64,000 nt of DNA, from NCBI RefSeq assembly GCF_963921235.1, contig NC_086109.1:28770001-28834000 (forward strand), in the 5' to 3' direction. The translations under genes and the position numbers were made by a program. This document shows positions 13,501 through 25,739 of the stretch, piece by piece; position 1 is the first letter of the stretch; every line of letters begins with the position of its first letter. Origin of the DNA: Mobula hypostoma (Eukaryota). Under the pieces are notes generated by a model. The model worked only from the letters and a program-made list of their open reading frames with translations, had not been told where the DNA came from and did not search any database.

Positions 13501-13800
13501 GAGAATTTTGCCCTTGGAAGAGGTGTCCCCTGGGGGCATAGTTTTAAGGTAATGGGGCAGATTCTGAAGGAAGCTGAAGAAGAATTTTTCAGCTGTAGGG
13601 TGATTGAACTCTTGCCTGAGGGGATGGTGGAGGTAGGTGTTCTCAAAGCATTTAAGTAGTTGGATGAATACCAGAAATGCTATAGCATAGAAGGCAATGG
13701 GCCAACTGCTACAAAATGGGATGAGTCTAGTTAGGCTCTTGATGGTCAACCTGGACACAGTAGGCAGTAGGAGCTGCTTCCCTGTTGTATGTATGATTCA
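10560..13800 (+). mobile_element. Old decayed CR1 fragment, split by young CR1 copy A
   Basis: GVSHGLVLRP...NDLD...RFSDDMK at 10648-10900; continues at ~13165-13800 with a decayed CR1 C-terminus and 3' UTR. Confidence 0.75.
10903..13162 (-). mobile_element. Young CR1 LINE copy A, 5'-truncated; uninterrupted 712-aa ORF2 RT region
   Basis: KSPGPDG, NYRPVSLT, YLDFQKAFDKV, GVPQGSVLGP, FADD; (TTTCTATG)n tail at 10903-10926. Confidence 0.97.
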
Positions 13801-14654
13801 GTAGCACCTAGAGGAGTAGAAGTGACCCCAATCCAAGAACAAAACGTGCATTTGCAGAAGACTGTTGACACACTGTTCAAGTGTCACCATTCTGATTGCT
13901 ACCTCAGTTCTTCCCAACTCCTCCCTGAACACTCACCATTCCAGTGATACTTGTGGAGGTGATGTTAGTCAGGACAATTTTCTTTTAAGAGATGTTTATG
14001 TAACGGTTTGCATAATGTTATTGTTGCACTCACGACACAGTACTTCCTTATTGTGAAATTGAAGTGTCAGCCAGAACAATAGGTTTTTCTTAGTAAAGAG
14101 TACCAAATGTTGCATAACGGAGACAGGAAGTGGAGTTGATACAGATTAGCCATGATCCATTTGAATAACAGAACAACTATGACTCTTTCTGTTTTCCTTT
14201 CCCTGGGTCCATCTACTGAGTAGCTTAACTGCTTTCTTTTTCACTTTTTTGGAAATAATGTTTATTTTTTTATAAAACTCTGCCCTTGAGGTAACTAATA
14301 CTTTTCCAAGTGTGGTTTTTATATTTCCTCTCTTTCCCCCTCTCTGTCAGAGAGACATTCAATCAGAAGTTACTCCTGCGGCTCTTGAGCCTACAGTACC
14401 TCAAGGCAGGTCTTTCTCGAATTGTTTCTAATTGTTCCATTAAGAACTCTTGATTGGGTCAACTCAGGAACTTAGACCCAGGCAGAGTATCTACTATATA
14501 TGCATTAGAATCTGAATTCTCTTATAAACTTCTTATACTGTATTAACATAAGGTCATCTTAAACAAATTATTACTATCCATCTATAGAATAAGCTGAATA
14601 GTGCATCAGACAAACCTGGACTTCATTGAAACTTTCAATTGCTAGCCACTGTGT

Positions 14655-14899
14655 GCTCAAATCTTCAAGCTCCTGAGCTTTCTCTCGGAGGGACGAGGGA
14701 CGAAAAGTGTGTTGGCTGGGTGGGTCGTGTCCTTGATTATCCTGGTAGCACTGATCCGACAGCATGCAGTATAAAGTGAGCCCAAGAACAGAAGATTGGT
14801 TTGTGTGATGTGCTGCGCCGTATTCACGATCTTCCACCACATATATGGTGGTATATATGTACTTTAATAATAAAATTTACTTTGAACTTTGAACTTTGA
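14655..14899. mobile_element. Rex1/Babar-like LINE fragment with internal inversion
   Basis: Minus-strand IIKDTTHPANTLFVPRPSERKLRSL is joined directly to a plus-strand 3' tail AATAAAATTTAC(TTTGAAC)n. Confidence 0.65.
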
Positions 14900-16938
14900 G
14901 GTGAGCTGGAAAGGAGGCTGAGACACCTGATACTATCTCTTGTGCCCAATGAAAAGTACTTGCAATTTCCTATAAACAAAATTGTGTAGATTTAAATATC
15001 TACTACCTTTTGAAAATTATCTGTCAACAATCAATTTCTCTCCTCTACTTCCTCTCTTTGTAGCTTTCAGATCCGAAGGCCGGATTGCTATTGTGTAATT
15101 TGACCAATGTCAAAGGTTCCAGTTCCTAGTAAGCCAACGTTTAATGCAAAGAGAGCCAGCAAGATGTCAGCATTGACTATAAATTCCAGCAAAGTGATTG
15201 GGCACTTCAAAATTTAACATGGCATTCATTTGGAGTTATCCAGCACTTTTTTTTTGTTACATATGGTCCATATATTTATGTTTCAATAATTAATTAAATA
15301 TTTGTTTCACTAGTTTATTAAATATTTTAAGGTCTTAATAAATAAATTTGTAAAAATCCTTGCACAGGAATGTAAGGATCATTAAACTGCTGCAAGAGGA
15401 AATAGATGACTCATAAAACAAATTCAGTAATTTGTGTGACTGATTGTATTTTCCTTCTTTCAGCACTGGTGAAGTCAATGCTCCTAGATGTCACTGCGAA
15501 GCTGCTGGCTGAAACTCTATTACATATTCCTGACCAAGTGAACAGTCATCTGTTCACTTAAGCTACAACTTGGCCTTAGAAGCAAATTACGAGAACAACT
15601 TTTGAGGATTGTGTTAATGTTGTTGAGAGATTATTGGATGTTATTACTGGACATGGCTGACATTTCTAGGAATAGTTCACAAGGCGTAGGATAGACTTGT
15701 CCCACAGAAGAAGAAGTTCTCAAATAGCAGGGGTAGGCAACCGTGGCTGACAAGGGAAGTTAAGGACTGCCTACAAGCCAAGGAAAGTGCATATCAGGTA
15801 GCAAAAATGAGTGGGACGTTGGATGATTGGGAAGTTTTAAAATACAATAAAAAGCAACTAAAAAGCTATAAAAAGGGAAAAGGTGAAATATGAGGGCAAA
15901 CTAGCCAATATTATAAAGCAGGATACTAGAAGATTTTTTTCAATTAAATAAAGAGTAAAAGGGTGAGAGTTGATATTGGAGAGTGATGGTGGTGAGGTAG
16001 TAATGGGGGACAGAGAAATAATAGATGAACTTAATAAGTAATTTGTATCAGTCTTCACTGTTGAAGATATTAGCAGTGTGCCAGAGGTCCATGAGTGTCA
16101 GGGAACAGGTGTGATGCCGTTGTTGTTACAAAGGGAAAAATGGTAGGCAAACTAAAGGTCTTAAGGTGGATTAGTCACCTGGACTAGATGGATTACATCC
16201 CAGAGTCCTGAGAGAGGTTGCTGATGAGATAACAGATGCGCTGGACATGATCTTTCAAGAATCACTTGATTCTGGCACGTTCCCAGAGGACTAAAAGGTT
16301 GCAAATTTCACTACACACTTTAAGAAGGGAGGAAGGCAAAAGAAAGGAAATCATAGGCCAGATAGCCTAACCTCAGTAGTTGGGAAAGTGTTGGAGTCTA
16401 TTATTAAGAATGAGGTTTCAAGGTACTTGGAGGCTAATGATAAAATAAATCTAAGTCAGCATGGCTTCTGTAAAAGAAAATCTTGCCTGACAAATCCAAT
16501 AGAATTCTTTGAGGAAGTAACAAGCAGGGTGGACAAAGGAGAGGCAGTGGATGTCAATTACTTGAGTTTTCAGAAGGCATCTGATAAGGTGCAACACCTG
16601 AGACTGCTTAACATGATAAAATCCTATGGTGTTACTGGAAAGAATCTAGCATGGATAAAGGAATGGCTGGCAGGCAAGAGGCAGCAAGTGGGAATAAAGG
16701 GAGCCTTTTCTGGTTGGCTGCCAGTGACTAGTGGTGTTCCTCAGGTGTCAGTATTGGGACCTCTACTTTTCACATTGTTTGTGAATGATTTGGATACTAG
16801 AATTGACGGCTTTGTGGCAAAGTTTGCAGATGATACGAAGATAGATGGAGGGGTAGGTAGTGTTGAGGAAGAAATGTGAATGCAACAGGATTTAGACAAA
16901 TTGGAAGAAGGGCAAAAGAGTGACAGATAGAATACAGC

Positions 16939-17081
16939 GCAACACACACAAAATGCTGGAGGAACTCAGCAGGCCAGCAACATCGATGGAAAAAAGTACC
17001 ATCATCACATCAGGCCGAAACCCTTCGGCAGGGCTTGTGTGTTGCTTGGATTTCAAGCATCTGCAGACTTTCTCTTCTTGA
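16939..17081. mobile_element. Short rearranged Penelope terminal fragment
   Basis: CAACACACACAAAATGCTGGAGGAACTCAGCAGG... fused to the opposite-orientation ...GTGTGTTGCTTGGATTTCAAGCATCTGCAGA; GAATACAG occurs on both sides. Confidence 0.75.
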
Positions 17082-17254
17082 CATGGAATACAGTGTTAGG
17101 AAATGTACGATAATGCATTTTGGTAAAAGGAACAAAAGTGCAGACTATTATCTAAATGGGGAGAAGTTTCAAACATCAGATGTGCGGATGTGCTCATGAA
17201 AGACCCTCAGAATGTTAATTTACAGTTTGAGTTTATGGTAAAGAAGGGAAATGC

Positions 17255-18066
17255 CTGAGGAGCTTAGGAGAATGATGGCACCTAACAGCAACTCCTTTGC
17301 TTGCATCTTCAGAAATAGCTCTAATTCTATCTTTAATATCTCTATTTTTCCCTTTCAGGGTTCTTTTGCAGACCCTGACCTGGAGTTACGCACTGACTTT
17401 GGTTCTTTGTGGAAATGGGACCCGGTCTCAGAGTCTCGCGACTAGCCACTAATTGATATGCCAAGGATGCGGTCTAGAAGACTAGTGTGCTTTCGGGATT
17501 CCAGGATTTTGTGGCTCTGGAGGCGGGTGGAATTGAGCTTGGTGCCACTGCAGGAAACTGGTGTGTCGTGGGAGATGGAAGATCAAAAGCAGCAAGCTGG
17601 CTGCTGGCTGTGTGCCCAGAGACCTGAGTTCTTTGGGCACAGAGCTTGGAAAAATCAACGCAAAGCCAGTTGCTTTGTTATGTCTCCCCTCTCGCCGTGA
17701 AACAGGGATATCTCTTTTTCCCTATTAGAGAGATAGAGAGCCTGTTGTATTTTGAATTATCAGGTGAACGAGTAGTCTTTGGGGTACTGCAAGTCTGTGT
17801 CTTTATTGATGCTTTGCCGCACGCTTGAGTGCTCGGTGGGGGGTGCCGAAGCTTTTTTGCTGGTGGGAGGGGGGTTCGTTGCTTTGCTGATGCTTATGCA
17901 TGGGAGGGGGAGCTGAGGGGCTTTGAGTTTCTAACATTTAACTGTCATTCATTCTTTGGGGCACTCCTCTGTTTTTGTGGATGTTTGTGAAGAAAAGGAA
18001 TTTCAAGATGTATATTGCATACATTTCTCTGACATTAAATGTACCTTTGAAATCTTTGAAACCTTT
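17255..18066 (+). mobile_element. Non-autonomous LINE derivative (~810 bp)
   Basis: Interrupts the CR1 frame with AAATG on both sides; 5' GGAGAATGATGGCACC; 3' tail ATTAAATGTACCTTTGAAATCTTTGAAACCTTT; no RT-like ORF. Confidence 0.7.
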
Positions 18067-18123
18067 AAATGTAATGTTAACATTTAATTCAAGGTGAATT
18101 GAATATAAAAGCAAGGAGATAAT

Positions 18124-19631
18124 GGATACATTAGTGATAATTTTCTAAAATCTTTAGATTCTGGACTAGTTCCTGAGGATTGGAGGGTGGCTAATGTAAC
18201 CCCACTTTTTTAAAAAGGAGGGAGAGAGAAACCGGGGAATTATAGACCGGTTAGCCTAACATCAGTGGTGGGGAAACTGCTGGAGTCAGTTATCAAAGAT
18301 GTGATAACAGCACATTTGGAAAGCGGTGAAATCATCGGACAAAGTCAGCATGGATTTGTGAAAGGAAAATCATGTCTGACGAACCTCAGAATTTTTTGAG
18401 GATGTAACTAGTAGAGTGGATAGAGGAGAACCAGTTGATGTGGTATATCTGGATTTTCAAAAGGTTTTTGACAAGGTCCCACACAGGAGATTAGTGTGCA
18501 AACTTAAAGCACATGGTATTGGGGGTAAGGTATTGATGTGGATAGAGAATTGGTTGGCAGACAGGAAGCAAAGAGTGGAAATAAACGGGACCTTTTCAGA
18601 ATGGCAGGCAGTGACTAGTGGGGTACCGCAAGGCTCAGTGCTGGGACCCCAGTTGTTTACAATATATATTAATGACTTGGATGAGGGAATTAAATGCAGC
18701 ATCTCCAAGTTTGCAGATGACACGAAGCTGGGCGGCAGTATTAGCTGTGAGGAGGATGCTAAGAGGATGCAGGGTGACTTGGATAGGTTAGGTGAGTGGG
18801 CAAATTCATGGCAGTTGCAATTTAATGTGGATAAATGTGAAGTTATCCACTTTGGTGGCAAAAACAGGAAAACAGATTATTATCTGAATGGTGGCCGATT
18901 AGGAAAAGGGGAGGTGCAACGAGACCTGGGTGTCATTATACACCAGTCATTGAAAGTGGGCATGCAGGTACAGCAGGCAGTGAAAAAGGCGAATGGTATG
19001 CTGGCATTTATAGCAAGAGGATTCGAGTACAGGAGCAGGGAGGTACTACTGCAGTTGTACAAGGCCTTGGTGAGACCATACCTGGAGTATTGTGTACAGT
19101 TTTGGTCCCCTAATCTGAGGAAATACATCCTTGCCATAGAGGGAGTACAAAGAAGGTTCACCAGATTGATTCCTGGGATGGCAGGACTTTCATATGAAGA
19201 AAGACTGGCTGAACTAGGCTTGTACTCGTTGGAATTTAGAAGATTGAGGGGGGATCTGATTGAAACGTATAAAATCCTAAAGGGATTGGACAGGCTAGAT
19301 GTAGGAAGATTGTTCCCGATGTTGGGGAAGTCCAGAATGAGGGGTCACAGTTTGAGGATAAAGGGGAAGCCTTTTAGGACCGAGATTAGGAAAAACTTCT
19401 TCACACAGAGAGTGGTGAATCTGTGGAATTCTCTGCCACAGGAAACAGTTGAGGCTAGTTCATTGGCTATATTTAAGAGGAAGTTAGATATGGCCCTTGT
19501 GGCTAAAGGGATCGGGGGTATGGAGGGAAGGCTGGTACAGGGTTCTGAGTTGGATGATCAGCCATGATCATACTGAATGGCGGTGCAGGCTTGAAGGGCC
19601 GAATGGCCTACTCCTGCACCTATTTTCTATG
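18124..19631 (+). mobile_element. Young CR1 LINE copy B, 5'-truncated
   Basis: ORF 18416-19567 is nearly identical in protein to copy A; CR1 3' end ...CTCCTGCACCTATTTTCTATG. Confidence 0.97.
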
Positions 19632-20687
19632 GTGAACCTTTACAAGACACTAGTCAGGCCGCACATGGAGTATTGTCCAGTGTTCAGCCCCATATCTCAG
19701 CAAGGATGTGTTGTCATTGGAGATAGTGCAGACGAGGTTCACGATGGTGATTTTGGTAATAAAGGGGTTAACACACGAGGAACGTTTGGCAGCTTTGGGC
19801 CTGTACTCACTGGAATTTAGAAGAATGTGGCAGGATCTCATTTAAAGCTACCGAATGTTGAAAGGACTAGACAGGGTGGACGTGGAAAGGATGTTTCCGA
19901 TGTGAGCGTAACCAGAACTAGAGGGCACAGTCTCAAAATTGAGGGGTGACCTTGTAGAACAGAGATAAGGAGGATTTTTTTTCAGCCAGAGAGTAGTAAA
20001 TCCATGGAATACTCTGCCACAGATTGTGGTGGAGCCCAAGTCCGTGGGTATTTTTAAGGCGGAAGGTGATAGTTTCCTGATCAGTCAGGACATCAAAGGA
20101 TATGGCGAGAAGGCAGGTGAATGGGGTTAAGTGGGACTTGGGATCAGCCATGATGGAATGGCAGAGCAGACTCAATGGGCTGAATGACCAAATTCTGCTC
20201 CTATGTCTTATGGTCTTATGTTTATTTCCAATTGCTATTGTGATCAAAATAGCATCTCCCTTACAGAGTCATAAACATCCAATTGTATTTTATCTTCCTT
20301 AAGTGTTTCATTTTTAGGTGATGAGAAAAGTAAACAGAATTATTAAATGTTCATAAAACATTAAAATATCCTAATACACTGGTTACTAAAGAAGAAGGTA
20401 GGGGAGATTAAATTTTTTTCCATGTAGGTTGAATATAACACTATGTTTAACAAAATATTTATAAAAGAATAACATTTTAAAGATGGCTGTGAATTAATTC
20501 AGGTTAGATTAAAAAATTGTATGTAGATTTTCTCTCTTTTCATATATTGTCAATTAATGAAATGCTGTTAATATTCTGAAACTTCTGAATAATGGGCTGA
20601 AGCATGCTGAATCCAGCTCTCTGCCAGGCTTGTCATCCGAGGTCCCCACCAGCCCATGTTAAATGTGTTGCATACTGTCAGACTCAC

Positions 20688-20764
20688 CTGGATGCACATG
20701 GAGAGGCTTACTGGGGTCTTCACCTGGGAGTTTACCCCAGACTGCATTCTTCTGAGACCCTGCT
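20688..20764 (-). other. Candidate exon (72-77 nt)
   Basis: Minus-strand pyrimidine tract CTTTTCTCCCTCTCAAG|AGCAG| and consensus donor CAG|GTGAGT; two frames are open; no recognised protein. Confidence 0.3.
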
Positions 20765-21189
20765 CTTGAGAGGGAGAAAAGCTGGAATGAAGCATTGCCC
20801 CTGGCAAAACCAGGGCTATAATTTCAGAATGATTGAAATTGCTGTAAAATTGTTAAAATAAAAATAACCGAAACGGGACCTTCATAAACACCTTGAAATG
20901 TTTAAAGATCAATAAAGACATTAAGCAAAAGTAAAATCACTGTAAAATATACTTTAACCTTCTCCATTCTTCAGCCTGAGAACCTGCATTGAAATAACCA
21001 GATATGTCATCTGATCATCTGGTCACAATTTGCCAAAAAGAAGATGATAGTGAAGGGCACTCAAAAACAACACGGTCCTGCAGGTGGAGATAATCCTACA
21101 ATGTTGGTGGATGGTGCTTTAAGTTTTTCACTAACCAGAGAAAAATTTTAAAGAATGATTTAAAAATTCCAAGGTTAGGATAGTGTGTC

Positions 21190-21430
21190 AGTATTTTTAC
21201 ACAGAGAGTGGTGAGTGCCTGGAATGCACTACCAGGGGTTTTGGTGGAGGCAGATACAAATGAGATTTTCAGAGGCTCTTAGATAGACATACAGAAGTAC
21301 AGAGAATGGAGCAAGTTGAACCATTTGCAGGTAGAGGGTGTTAGTTTAACTAGGCATCATTGGCTTAATTTGGCAGAACATCATGGACCAAAGAACTTGT
21401 TCCAGTGCTGTACTGCTCCATCTTCTGTCA
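21190..21430 (+). mobile_element. CR1 3' end fragment
   Basis: TTTTTACACAGAGAGTGGTGAGTGCCTGGAATGCACT (FTQRVVSAWNAL) followed by a 3' UTR. Confidence 0.8.
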
Positions 21431-22086
21431 AATGACTTTCCTAATATTCCACACATCCCATCCACCCCTCTTCAATTAGATTTTGGAAGTGACTGTTACA
21501 ATTAAGATGTCCTTATGAATCTTAAATATGATGGTGCAGACATCTTGCTCTCAGCTCCATTGACTTTTTGACTCAGGTTATTAAGCTTCTATAGTCACAA
21601 ATGACATCTAACTAGAGGATAAAGTGGTCAGAAACTGTTTGTTAAAACGGTTCTGACATCTTAAGTATAACTTCGTCAATTCTCTTAAGTGTTCTCCGCA
21701 TTGTAATGTTCCGAGGACTTGAAAGGATTCATTTCACTCATGATAAGAGGATATACAGTACCATTGGTACATCTGTACACGATGGTTCCAGTCTTCAACA
21801 AAAGGCAGCATAACAGAATGAGGCTCTCGAAAACATTAATTTACCAAAGATGCAAAATAGCAACAGGTCCATGATCTATCTGACACTCTCAGAATGTACT
21901 GCAGTTATGTGTGAATCAGTTATTCTGCACACAGTGCGATGTTTAATTAGCACCTGTGGAAAGAAAAGGGGTAATGTTGCAGTGTATTTTATTCTACTTC
22001 ATTGATTTGAGTGTAAAATTAAGTTTTAATTTCATACAAGTTATAACAATGGCACTTACTAACAAAAAGCAAGACAAATCCAATCT

Positions 22087-22830
22087 TGTCATGGTCCAGT
22101 CCGTGAGGTCCGCATTCCGGTTCACGGTCCGGTCCATCAATCTGTATTCCGGGTTTTCCCTGGTTCCGTTGGGCTCCTTAATCGAGGCACCTGATTCTAG
22201 TTTTGGGATGGCTACATAAATAGCTTTGGGATTCAGCTTCTTTGCTGGACTGTTCCCTTCCCCTTCCCATCTGAATCCCTGACAGTTACCTCGACAGTTT
22301 CCCTCGGCAAGTATCCTTGGCAGTCAACCAGGCCCTGCATCCTAGAAAGGATCTTGGCCCTGCGAAAGCATCCCGGCCCTGTGTTCTAGAAAGGGTCTCG
22401 GCCCTGCGTCCTAGGAGGGTCCCGGCTCTACGCTCCAAGAAAGAGTCCCCGCTCCTCATCTAGTCCAAGCCTAGTCCAAGAACCTCATCCTGTCCAAGTC
22501 AAGGTTTTGTGTTCTCATCCTGTCCATGTGCCTCATCCAGTCCAGGAGTCCCTAATCCAAGTACCTCGTCTCGCCCAAGCCACATCCAAGTACCTCATCT
22601 AATCCAAGCCACGTCCAGGTACCTCATCTAATCCAAGCCTAGTCCAAGAACCTCGTCCTGTCCAAGTCAAGGCTTCGTGTTCTCGTCCTGTGCAGGACTT
22701 CCACGTCCAGTCCTGTAACCTAGCCACGTCCATTTCTGTAGCCACGTCTTGTCCTCGCCTAGATCCGGGGTCCGAGCCCGAGTCAAGACCCAGGTTCCAG
22801 GTCCTTGTCCAGTCTCCGGCTCGGAGTCCT
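22087..22830 (+). mobile_element. Probable Gypsy-type LTR (solo or truncated) with internal tandem repeats
   Basis: Starts TGTCATGG; GC/CpG-richer than its flanks; TATA-like TACATAAATA near 22213; degenerate arrays of GGCCCTGC- and TCCAAG-based units; no clean ...CA terminus. Confidence 0.55.
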
Positions 22831-22914
22831 AGTGTGAGGTGTGGTTTAATAAGGTAAACCAGAAAAGTAAAGACCAGGAATGTTGTAGAACAGAGAGACC
22901 TAGGAGTACAAGTC

Positions 22915-23363
22915 CACGGTCTCCTCGAGTGCCAAGATGATGTCACCTTCAGGGTGGAGGAACAACACCTTATATTCCATTTGGGTAGCCTCCAACCAGG
23001 TGGCATGAATATTGATTTCTCCTTCCAGTCATTTATTTTTCCCTCCCCCCCCCTTCTTCTGTTCCCCATTCTGTCTTTTCATCTTTTCTTACCCCTGGGC
23101 CCCTCCTCCTTCCCTTTCTCCTATGGTTAACTCTCCTCTCCTATCAGATTCTCTCCTCTCCTGCTTTTTACTTTCCCACCCACCTGGCTTCACCTATCAC
23201 CTTCCAGCTAGCCTCCTTCCCCTCCCCCCACCTTTTTATTCTGACATCTTCACTCTTCTTTTTCAGTCCTGAAGCGAGTCTTGGACCAAAACGCCAACTG
23301 TTTATTCATTTCTATAGATGCTGCCTGACCTGCTGAGTTACTCCAGCATTTTGTGTGTGTTGC
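22915..23363 (+). mobile_element. Penelope 3' fragment inserted in a CR1 fragment
   Basis: RVEEQHLIFHLGSLQPGGMNIDFS plus pLTR with a decayed hammerhead motif; AGTACA occurs on both sides. Confidence 0.85.
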
Positions 23364-23364
23364 A

Positions 23365-23970
23365 CCAGTACATAGCTCCCTGAAACAGAGACAGAGGTCA
23401 GTGGGGTGGTGAGGAAGGTGTTTGTTACACGTGTGTCAATCAATCAGGGCATTGAGTTGGGACATCATGTTACAACTGTACGAGATATTGGTGAGATCAC
23501 ACTTGTCTGTGGTTCTGGTCAATAAGCTATAAGAATGATACCATTCAACTTGAAAGAATGCCAAAAAGATTCATAAGGATGTTACTGTGATTGGAGGGCT
23601 TGAATTATAAGGAGAGATGGGAGAATGTAGGAGGCTGAGGGATGAAATAATAGAGGAATGTAAAATTATGAGGGGATAAGGTGAATGGTGCTTTTCCCTG
23701 GGGAGAGGAGTCTAAAACTAAATGGCCTAGGTTTAAGGTGAGAAGGGAAAGATTTCAAAAGAACTTGAGGGGCAACTTTTTCATACAGAGGTGGGAGCTG
23801 CCAGAGAAATTAGTAGAGGTGGATACAATCAGTGTTTACAAGACATTTTGATAGGTATGTGGACAGGAGAAGTTTGATAAGGGCTGAATTCTGGCAAATG
23901 GATCTTGCTGAAGTTGGCATCTTGACCAACATGAACAAGTTGAGCCAAAGGACCTGATTCTATGCTATCT
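23365..23970 (+). mobile_element. Decayed CR1 3' fragment
   Basis: LQLYEILVRSHL-like and ERMPKRFIRML-like segments, then a CR1 3' UTR. Confidence 0.8.
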
Positions 23971-25665
23971 TAGAAACATAGAAACATAGAAAATAGGTGC
24001 AGGAGTAGGCCATTCGGCCCTTCAAGCCTGCACCGCCATTCAGTATGATCATGGCTGATCATCCAACTCAGAACCCCGCCCCAGCCTTCCCTCCATACCC
24101 CCTGACCCCCGTAGCCACAAGGGCCATATCTAACTCCCTCTTAAATATAGCCAATGAACTGGCCTCAACAGTTTCCTGTGGCAGAGAATTCCACAGATTC
24201 ACCACTCTCTGTGTGAAGAAGTTTTTCCTAATCTTGGTCCTAAAAGGCTTCCCCTCTATCCTCAAACTGTGACCCCTCGTTCTGGACTTCCCCAACATCG
24301 GGAACAATCTTCCTGCATCTAGCCTGTCCAATCCCTTTAGGATCTTATACGTTTCAATCAGATCCCCCCTCAATCTTCTAAATTCCAACAAGTACAAGCC
24401 CAATTCATCCAGTCTTTCTTCATATGAAAGTCCTGCCATCCCGGGAATCAATCTGGTGAACCTTCTTTGTACTCCCTCTATGGCAAAGATGTCTTTCCTC
24501 AGATTAGGGGACCAAAACTGCACACAATACTCCAGGTGTGGTCTCACCAAGGCCTTGTACAACTGCAGTAGTACCTCCCTGCTCCTCTACTCGAATTCTC
24601 TCGCTATAAATGCCAACATACCATTCGCCTTTTTCACCGCCTGCTGTACCTGCATGCCCACTTTCTATGACTGGTGTATAATGACACCCAGGTCTCGTTG
24701 CACCTCCCCTTTTCCTAATCGGCCACCATTCAGATAATAATCTGTTTTCCTATTTTTGCCACCAAAGTGGATAACTTCACATTTATCCACATTAAATTGC
24801 ATCTGCCATGAATTTGCCCACTCACCCAACCTATCCAAGTCACTCTGCATCCTCTTAGTATCCTCCTCACTGCTAACACTGCCACCCAGCTTCATGTCAT
24901 CCGCAAACTTGGAGATGCTGCATTTAATTCCCTCATCCAAGTCATTAATATATATTGTAAACAACTGGGGTCCCAGCACTGAGCCTTGCGGTACCCCACT
25001 AGTCACCGTCTGCCATTCTGAAAAGGTCCCGTTTATTCCCACTCTTTGCTTCCTGTCTGCTAACCAATTCTCCACCCACACCAATACCTTACCCGCAATA
25101 CCGTGTGCTTTAAGTTTGCACACTAATCTCCTGTGTGGGACCTTGTCAAAAGCCTTTTGAAAATCCAAATATACCACATCCACTGGTTCTCCCCTATCCA
25201 CTCTACTAGTTACATCCTCAAAAAATTCTATGAGATTCGTCAGACATGATTTTCCTTTCACAAATCCATGCTGACTTTGTCGGATCATTTCACCGCTTTC
25301 CAAATGTGCTGTTATCACATCCTTGATAACTGACTCCAGCAGTTTCCCCACCACCGACGTTAGGCTAACTGGTCTATAATTCCCCGGTTTCTCTCTCCCT
25401 CCTTTTTTAAAAAGTGGGGTTACATTAGCCACCCTCCAATCCTCAGGAACTAGTCCAGAATCTAACGAGTTTTGAAAAATTATCACTAATGCATCCACTA
25501 TTTCTTGGGCTACTTCTTTAAGCACTCTAGGATGCAGACCATCTGGCCCTGGGGATTTATCTGCCTTCAATCCCTTCAATTTACCTAACACCACTTCCCT
25601 ACTAACATGTATTTCGCTCAGTTCCTCCATCTCACTGGACCCTCTGTCCCTTACTATTTCTGGAA
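23971..25665 (-). mobile_element. Young CR1 LINE copy C, 5'-truncated; one in-frame stop
   Basis: ORFs 24665-25630 and 24068-24562 are nearly identical to copy A; (TTTCTATG)n tail; ATCTTA at both junctions. Confidence 0.97.
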
Positions 25666-25739
25666 TCTTACTTATTTGTGATCTTATTTATTTGTGATCT
25701 TACTTCATGACCACACCTATTACTCTATCTTGAGAGTCA

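Larger units (their letters stand above)
15665..20220 (+). mobile_element. Older CR1 LINE ORF2 fragment hosting three nested insertions
   Basis: QHGFCKRKSCLTN, GVPQVSVLGP, KFADDTK (16388-16879); resumes after each insert and ends in a CR1 3' UTR near 20220. Confidence 0.9.

Noticed and set aside
22450..22700. Short repeats with variable spacers, superficially CRISPR-like
   Set aside because: The units are degenerate and irregular, the spacers are themselves repetitive, there are no cas genes, and the context is eukaryotic.
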